A program made the translations under genes and the position numbers. A stretch of DNA of 42,899 bases from Candidatus Nomurabacteria bacterium (lineage in GTDB: Bacteria > Patescibacteriota > Minisyncoccia > Phycocordibacterales > UBA10002): the NCBI GenBank assembly GCA_943349725.1, contig CALQZP010000003.1:1-42899 (forward strand), written 5' to 3'. Shown here piece by piece: positions 37,758 through 42,899 of this stretch (position 1 is the first letter of the stretch; every line of letters begins with the position of its first letter). Under the pieces are notes generated by a model that was given only the letters and a program-made list of their open reading frames with translations, did no database searches and was not told the origin of the DNA.

Positions 37758-39552
37758 CATACGAAATTTTGCAATACTGGCGCATATAGACCACGGTAAA
37801 AGCACCTTGGCGGATCGCCTCTTGGAGATAACGGGGACCATTGAGAAACGTAAGATGCAAGACCAAGTACTTGACTCAATGGAACTGGAGCGAGAAAGAG
37901 GAATCACAATTAAGATGACTCCCGTGCGTATGTTCCATACTTTAAATGGCACACGCTATACGTTTAATCTTATTGACACCCCTGGGCATATAGATTTTGC
38001 ATACGAGGTGTCCAGGTCGCTCAAGGCCGTGGAGGGGGCTATTGTGCTCGTGGACGCGACGCAAGGCGTGCAGGCGCAGACTATCTCGGTACTTGGAATG
38101 GCGCAGGAGGCGGGGCTCACTATCATCCCCGCAGTGAACAAAATTGACTCTCCTCTCGCCCAAGTTGCCGAGACAAGAAAACAAATTGCCGAATTATGCG
38201 GACTTCCCGAGAGCGACGTGCTTTTAGTTTCTGGAAAAACAGGCGCCGGCGTTCCCGAGCTTTTGCAGGCGATTATTGACCGTGTTCCCGCGCCAAAGGG
38301 GGTGGATGATGCGGGAAGCGCTGATGGTTTCCGTGGACTAGTGTTTGATTTTAAATATTCCAATCACGCCGGTGTGATTGTCTTTCTTCGTTCCTTTGAC
38401 GGGGCGACAAAACGTGGCGATAAGCTCCGCTTCGCCGCTTCCGAGCAGGTCTTCACTGTGCTTGAAGTCGGTATCTTTGCTCCGGCGGAAACGCCGGTAG
38501 AACACCTTTCGGCAGGTGAAATCGGCTACATCACGACCGGTATCAAGGAACCGGGAGTTGCTTCGGTTGGTGATACCATTTTGCCCGCAAAAGGCGGAGG
38601 GAAAACGCTTCCTGGCTACGACCGTCCCAAGCCTGTGGTGTGGGCCTCTATCTATCCCGAAAGTCAGGATGACTTCAACCAGCTTCGTTTGGCGATAGAC
38701 AGGCTACGACTTTCCGACTCGTCGTTTACGTATGAAGAAGAATCGGGCGGGCTTCTAGGGCGAGGGTTTCGGTGCGGTTTCTTAGGTATGCTTCACTTGG
38801 AAATTATTTCCGAGAGACTGCATCGTGAATTTAATCTCTCACTCGTGGTCACGACGCCTTCTATTACGTACGAAGTAGTGACAAAGAGAGGGAAGCGAGA
38901 GGTGGTTTATTCAGCCGCGCGGTTTCCCGAGTACGGCGACATTGCCGAAGTGTATGAACCATGGGTGGAGGCGCGTATTATTTCTCCTTCCGAGTATCTC
39001 CCAAAGCTTATGCCAATGCTTTTTGACCACGAAGCGTTTGCCAAAGTGACCGAAGATTTTGGCGAGCGGAATCTCATCGTGATTGAGATGCCCCTGCGTG
39101 AGCTTATGCGAGGGTTCTTTGATGATGTCAAAAGTCTCTCGTCGGGGTTTGCGTCACTCTCGTATAAAATACTAGAGCTTAGAAAGGCAGATGTCGTAAA
39201 GCTTGAGCTTATTGTTGCGGAGGAAATAGTACCTGCTTTTTCCCGCATTGTTTCTCGCAAACGAGCGGAGCTTGAAGCAGAATCGGCGGTGGAGAAATTG
39301 CACAACCTTCTTCCTGCACAACTTTTTGCGACGAAAATCCAAGGACAGGCGCTCGGACGTATCATTTCCTCAAAAACGGTTCGCGCGACGCAAAAAACCC
39401 TCGGAGATTTCGGTAAGAACGGTGGTGACCGAACGCGAAAGATGAAACTCTGGCAAAATCAAAAAGAAGGCAAGAAACGCCTCAAAGAACATGGTGCGGG
39501 GAAAGTGCGCATTCCGCAGGATGTGTTTTTGAAGATGGTGAGAAAAGATTAG
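37741..39552 (+). CDS. lepA: Elongation factor 4
   Basis: IRNFAILAHIDHGKSTLADR, DTPGH, GFRCGFLGMLH, QKEGKKRLK. Confidence 0.97.
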   Translation: MAQLNNIRNFAILAHIDHGKSTLADRLLEITGTIEKRKMQDQVLDSMELERERGITIKMTPVRMFHTLNGTRYTFNLIDTPGHIDFAYEVSRSLKAVEGAIVLVDATQGVQAQTISVLGMAQEAGLTIIPAVNKIDSPLAQVAETRKQIAELCGLPESDVLLVSGKTGAGVPELLQAIIDRVPAPKGVDDAGSADGFRGLVFDFKYSNHAGVIVFLRSFDGATKRGDKLRFAASEQVFTVLEVGIFAPAETPVEHLSAGEIGYITTGIKEPGVASVGDTILPAKGGGKTLPGYDRPKPVVWASIYPESQDDFNQLRLAIDRLRLSDSSFTYEEESGGLLGRGFRCGFLGMLHLEIISERLHREFNLSLVVTTPSITYEVVTKRGKREVVYSAARFPEYGDIAEVYEPWVEARIISPSEYLPKLMPMLFDHEAFAKVTEDFGERNLIVIEMPLRELMRGFFDDVKSLSSGFASLSYKILELRKADVVKLELIVAEEIVPAFSRIVSRKRAELEAESAVEKLHNLLPAQLFATKIQGQALGRIISSKTVRATQKTLGDFGKNGGDRTRKMKLWQNQKEGKKRLKEHGAGKVRIPQDVFLKMVRKD

Positions 39553-39658
39553 CACACGGCACTAATAACACGAATGCCCGAGCGAATTACACGAATAAAA
39601 TCTGGCGTACTATCGGCATTCGTGTCATGAGAGTCTTCATTCGTAAATTAGTGTCGTG
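39553..39658. repeat. Degenerate ACGAAT/ATTCGT tandem-inverted repeat
   Basis: ACACGAATGCC...GGCATTCGTGT; CACTAAT...ATTAGTG. Confidence 0.65.
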
Positions 39659-39769
39659 TTACTGGTAGAGCGCGGGGATATACAGCAAAATCATACTGAT
39701 GATGATAAGGACGCACACAATACCCCAGACGAAATTGAGTTTTTTGCGGTGTTTTGGGTTGAATAACAT
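39659..39769 (-). CDS. Small single-TM protein (36 aa), absent from the ORF track
   Basis: Manual translation MLFNPKHRKKLNFVWGIVCVLIIISMILLYIPALYQ: basic N-terminus plus a TM helix. Confidence 0.6.
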   Translation of the reverse strand: MLFNPKHRKKLNFVWGIVCVLIIISMILLYIPALYQ

Positions 39770-39782
39770 AAAAGGCCAGATA

Positions 39783-39888
39783 TTAGGAAACTAGGCGCTA
39801 GGCTCTAGGGCCGACTTCTTATAAAATAGTATCAATTGATGCTATCATTATTCTTACCTAGTGCCTAGAGCCTAAATCCTAGTGCCTA
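39783..39888. repeat. CTAGGCG/CCTAG heptamer inverted repeat
   Basis: CTAGGCGCTAGGCTCTAGG...CCTAGTGCCTAGAGCCTA; GGCGCTAGGCTCTAGG also occurs at 13821-13836. Confidence 0.7.
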
Positions 39889-39893
39889 TTTTC

Positions 39894-40268
39894 ATGAAGG
39901 ATCTTCAAAGAAAACGAAAAATACGAAAGACTCTCTATTCACGTGGAGTTCTCTTTGGGTTGCTTCTGGTGCTCATTGTGGTGAGTAAGGCAACAATTAG
40001 TCTGTACGCGAAGGAGCGGGAAAGCCAAAAGAATCTTAGCTTAGCCGAGACAAATCTTTCCACACTCTCGCTTCGGGAGGCAAGGCTTCAGGGTGACATC
40101 GCGCGTCTCAAGACTTCCGAAGGCATTGACGCCGAGATACGAGCGCAGTTTCAGGTAGCAAAACCTGGTGAAAAAATGGTTGTCCTTGTTGATGACCGGA
40201 AAAAAGAAGCCGAGGCGCCTGCCGAGCAGAAATCCCTCGTGACCAAGTTTTTTGACCTGTTTAGATAA
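39894..40268 (+). CDS. Septum formation initiator (DivIC/FtsB-like)
   Basis: TM, coiled coil, then IRAQFQVAKPGE. Confidence 0.8.
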   Translation: MKDLQRKRKIRKTLYSRGVLFGLLLVLIVVSKATISLYAKERESQKNLSLAETNLSTLSLREARLQGDIARLKTSEGIDAEIRAQFQVAKPGEKMVVLVDDRKKEAEAPAEQKSLVTKFFDLFR

Positions 40269-40323
40269 CGATACGAAAATACAAACTAGGAACGAACGAA
40301 TTGCTACGAATACGAAAAAGTAG

Positions 40324-40394
40324 TGCGGGTAGCGGGAATCGAATCCGCGTCTCATGCTTGGGAAGCACGCATATTGCCACTATACTATACCCGC
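40324..40394 (-). tRNA. tRNA-Gly(CCC)
   Basis: Cloverleaf GCGGGTA...TACCCGC-A; anticodon loop TTCCCAA; no encoded CCA. Confidence 0.9.
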
Positions 40395-40438
40395 GTATGC
40401 GGGCTATACTAGCAGAAATTTAGTAGGGTTTAAAGCAT

Positions 40439-41038
40439 ATGATTTCGCACATACTTTTTGATATTGATGGGGTGGTGCTATGCAAGCGTAAGCGCTTGTT
40501 TTCAAAGGTGCTCGCGGAAGAGTTTGGCGCATCGGAACAGGAAGATATGCTTCCGTTTTTTACAGGACCGTTTCAGAAATGTCTTGTGGGAAAAGCTGAC
40601 CTTAAGCAAGAGCTTGTTCCATATCTGCCGAAATGGCATTACCCTCATACGGTGGAAGCACTCACTTTGAGTTGGTTTGAACATGAGCGTACTCTTGAAG
40701 AAAGAATACTTCTCGACGTCACGGCTCTGCGCGCTAAGGGAATCCGCTGTTTTCTTGCAACTGACAACGAAAAATACAGAACAGAGTACCTCTGGACGAA
40801 CCTTAACCTTAAGTCACATTTTGACGGTATCTTTGCCTCGTCGAGTCTTGGTGTTCGGAAGTCTACATCAGAATTTTGGGAAAAAGCTTTTGAACAAGTT
40901 CAAGCCACTGACCGCCGCTTTGTGCTCGTGTGGGACGACGAAGAGGAAAATGTGATTGCGGCAAAAGCGTTTGGTCTTTCCGCGGAGTTTTATACCGACT
41001 TTAGTGACTACTCTCAAAAGATGGCGGAACTGTTGTAA
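40439..41038 (+). CDS. HAD-superfamily hydrolase
   Basis: LFDIDGVV, LATDN, RK, WDDEEENV. Confidence 0.9.
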   Translation: MISHILFDIDGVVLCKRKRLFSKVLAEEFGASEQEDMLPFFTGPFQKCLVGKADLKQELVPYLPKWHYPHTVEALTLSWFEHERTLEERILLDVTALRAKGIRCFLATDNEKYRTEYLWTNLNLKSHFDGIFASSSLGVRKSTSEFWEKAFEQVQATDRRFVLVWDDEEENVIAAKAFGLSAEFYTDFSDYSQKMAELL

Positions 41039-41147
41039 GTTGCTTTTAGAGGTGTAGGATTGGAGTGTCCCTCATTTGCACGCACTCTTTCGCGAAGTTG
41101 TATCCACTCCCAATGAACTTTTGAAACGACTTCGTTGAAACTTCGTA

Positions 41148-41187
41148 TCCCAGTTCTACTATACTACAGAGTATAGTAGAACTGGGA
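41148..41187. repeat. 18-bp perfect inverted repeat
   Basis: TCCCAGTTCTACTATACT-ACAG-AGTATAGTAGAACTGGGA. Confidence 0.9.
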
Positions 41188-41308
41188 GTAGCATGCTGTA
41201 CCACGCGGATACTTTTTCGCAAGGTTCATAAGGGGAAATATTTGCTATACTAGCGAACCTAAGGCGATACCAATTAGTTATTAGTTTCAAGTTAAAAGTT
41301 CTAAGTTT

Positions 41309-41545
41309 ATGGCAAACGTAACTATCTACTCCACACCGACCTGCGTGTACTGCAACGCGGCAAAGGTGTTTTTCAAGGAAAAAGGCATTGAGTATACCGA
41401 GCACAACGTCGGGGCGGACGCGGAGAAACGAAAGGAGATGATTGAGAAAAGCGGTCAGATGGGCGTGCCGGTGATTGATATAGACGGACAGCTTGTTGTC
41501 GGGTTCAATCAACCGAAAATTAAACAGATTCTTGGGATTAGCTAG
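41309..41545 (+). CDS. Glutaredoxin-like (NrdH/YruB family) protein
   Basis: YSTPTCVYC, GQMGVPVI, VVGF. Confidence 0.92.
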   Translation: MANVTIYSTPTCVYCNAAKVFFKEKGIEYTEHNVGADAEKRKEMIEKSGQMGVPVIDIDGQLVVGFNQPKIKQILGIS

Positions 41546-41644
41546 TAGACAGTAGACAAGTAGACAATAGACACTGGACAGGAAACAAAGACCTTGGGGC
41601 GAGAGCTTCAAGGTTTTTGTTTTCTGTGCTACTTTGTAGCCGTA

Positions 41645-41695
41645 GCCCTCGTAGTTTCCGCCAGAGGCGGATCAGCCTATGGCTGACAATGAGGG
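41645..41695 (+). repeat. tRNA 5' fragment interrupted by a double REP-like hairpin
   Basis: GCCCTCGTAGTT [TCCGCC-AGA-GGCGGA TCAGCC-TAT-GGCTGA] CAATG versus the tRNA-Arg start GCCCCCGTAGTTCAACG. Confidence 0.55.
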
Positions 41696-41698
41696 AAC

Positions 41699-41770
41699 GC
41701 CCCCGTAGTTCAACGGATAGAACGAACCGTTCCTAATGGTTTGATGTCAGTTCAATTCTGGCCGGGGGCA
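41699..41770 (+). tRNA. tRNA-Arg(CCT)
   Basis: GCCCCCG acceptor stem; anticodon arm AACCG-TTCCTAA-TGGTT; T loop TTCAATT. Confidence 0.92.
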
Positions 41771-41831
41771 TATGAAGAAGCCGTTAGCTTATAGCTGTTA
41801 GTTGTTAGGGATTCTTGCTATAATTTTTGAT

Positions 41832-42137
41832 ATGTTTACCTACATATCTCTCGCCGTCATAGCGGCGGTGGTTCAGATTGCAACAACCTACTGGCTTCGC
41901 ATCGGGTTCTTAAAGTCTTTTTTGTGGGCCATCCCGTTTATTCTGCTTCATCAGTATTTGTTTTTGTATAATTACACCAAAGCTCCGAACTTCATCATCA
42001 TTTGGTTTATAACCGCCGGTATCACGAGCCTACTGAGTCTCTTGGTCGGATATTGGTTCTTCAAGGATGTACTGTCCGCGTATCAAATAGTCGGTATAGT
42101 GTTAATCCTATCAGGAATGATATTTCTCAAATTTTAA
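41832..42137 (+). CDS. Small 4-TM protein (SMR/EamA-like)
   Basis: Four hydrophobic helices ending FKDVLSAYQIVGIVLILSG. Confidence 0.7.
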   Translation: MFTYISLAVIAAVVQIATTYWLRIGFLKSFLWAIPFILLHQYLFLYNYTKAPNFIIIWFITAGITSLLSLLVGYWFFKDVLSAYQIVGIVLILSGMIFLKF

Positions 42138-42163
42138 GCAGGCTGTGATATACTATTCTCCAT

Positions 42164-42259
42164 ACCCCAGTGAAATAGAGTGTATGAGAGAACGTGGTCA
42201 TTGGGCACGATTGAACTAATTGTATTTTTTCATAAATCTAGATTTTAATTTCACGGAGT
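42164..42259. mobile_element. Degenerate MITE-like element related to 847-936
   Basis: ACCCCAGTGAAAT ... ATTTCACGGAGT imperfect TIRs, similar size. Confidence 0.45.
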
Positions 42260-42298
42260 GGCGATTTGTATAGTCGTTACACTCCTTACAAATCAGCC

Positions 42299-42586
42299 AT
42301 GTCTCCCGAAGAACGACAACTTTTGATACAGACGCATCGCATGGTGGAGGAAAACCATACGCTCTTGCGCAAAATGCATCGCTCCGCGCTTTTTGGGCAG
42401 GTTTTCCATATACTTTATTGGGTGGCGATTATCGGGCTTTCCTTAGGTGCGTATTACTTCATTCAGCCGTATGTGGACCAAATACAGGGCGTTTACGGTG
42501 GACTCAAGGGTGATGTACAGAATGTGAAGAATGCGACCAACCAGCTGGGAAATATCACCAATTTTCTGAAAGGTGATGGCAATTAG
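42299..42586 (+). CDS. Hypothetical single-TM protein
   Basis: EENHTLLRKM, TM segment, YYFIQPY. Confidence 0.7.
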   Translation: MSPEERQLLIQTHRMVEENHTLLRKMHRSALFGQVFHILYWVAIIGLSLGAYYFIQPYVDQIQGVYGGLKGDVQNVKNATNQLGNITNFLKGDGN

Positions 42587-42637
42587 CCTCGCTTGAAGCA
42601 ACGCAAAAATTGCGCTACTATGCTCTGGTCGCCCTAA

Positions 42638-42678
42638 CCCGCCCATGGCGGACGGGCGAATCCGCCTTAGGTGGATTT
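42638..42678. repeat. REP-like CCGCC/GGCGG hairpins before tRNA-Phe
   Basis: CCGCC-CAT-GGCGG and AATCCGCC-TTA-GGTGGATT. Confidence 0.6.
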
Positions 42679-42680
42679 TA

Positions 42681-42756
42681 GCCGAGATAGCTCAGTTGGT
42701 AGAGCATTCCCCTGAAGAGGGAAGGGTCCCCAGTTCGAATCTGGGTCTCGGCACCA
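42681..42756 (+). tRNA. tRNA-Phe(GAA)
   Basis: Canonical 76 nt; anticodon arm TTCCC-CTGAAGA-GGGAA; encoded CCA. Confidence 0.97.
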
Positions 42757-42762
42757 AAACAG

Positions 42763-42796
42763 AAACCGCCCCGACTTTCGTCGGGGCGGTTTTTTT
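42763..42796. terminator. Terminator after tRNA-Phe
   Basis: AAACCGCCCCGAC-TTTC-GTCGGGGCGGTTTTTTT. Confidence 0.85.
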
Positions 42797-42815
42797 GGCT
42801 ACTTACTACGAGCTA

Positions 42816-42899
42816 CTAACTAGATCGTACCTTTAGCTTCGTCTGTCTGCTTTTATCAAGTTTGGGAAGACGAAGATTGAGGAGGCCGTGCTTTTCGCT
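42816..42899 (-). CDS. 3' end of an Hsp20/alpha-crystallin family protein (partial)
   Basis: Manual translation SEKHGLLNLRLPKLDKSRQTKLKVRSS* fits the GxLxxxLPK motif plus a C-terminal L-x-V motif. Confidence 0.65.
   Translation of the reverse strand, partial: SEKHGLLNLRLPKLDKSRQTKLKVRSS

Noticed and set aside
1164-39552. Alternative genetic code (UGA recoding)
   Set aside because: Long conserved genes are intact under code 11 and TGA serves as a stop, for example in guaB.
42645-42836. ORFs overlapping tRNA genes (also 40041-40355)
   Set aside because: Spurious translations of tRNA and terminator sequence.

Overview
Chromosomal segment that looks like a Patescibacteria/CPR (Parcubacteria-like) bacterium. 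This is an inference from the compact RpoB, the Lys-rich RpoD N-terminus, the rpoB-rpoC...dnaG-rpoD order and the style of the intergenic repeats. The housekeeping backbone is rpoB, rpoC, dnaG, rpoD, a UvrD-nuclease fusion, a DsbA-like protein, hisS, guaB-guaA-adenosine deaminase, an Xaa-Pro peptidase, RNase P RNA, murJ, pheA, lepA, a DivIC-like protein and three tRNAs (Gly-CCC, Arg-CCT, Phe-GAA). Accessory elements are a Fic protein, an island between rpoC and dnaG, an HTH-Panacea/RelE-like toxin-antitoxin pair, a frameshifted MazG-like gene, a free-standing LAGLIDADG endonuclease and many palindromic or MITE-like repeats. Five observations stand out: (1) a translationally coupled three-gene module of two small paralogous proteins plus a signal-peptide-less clan CD (gingipain/caspase-like His-Cys) protease at 9450-10507; (2) two tandem Phe-codon leader-peptide attenuators upstream of pheA; (3) one palindromic repeat family inserted in frame at four sites inside guaB, guaA and the peptidase; (4) the first island gene begins with the same peptide as DnaG; (5) a MITE that duplicated the -35 box of the rpoB promoter. 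All family assignments come from motif recognition by eye; no database searches were run.
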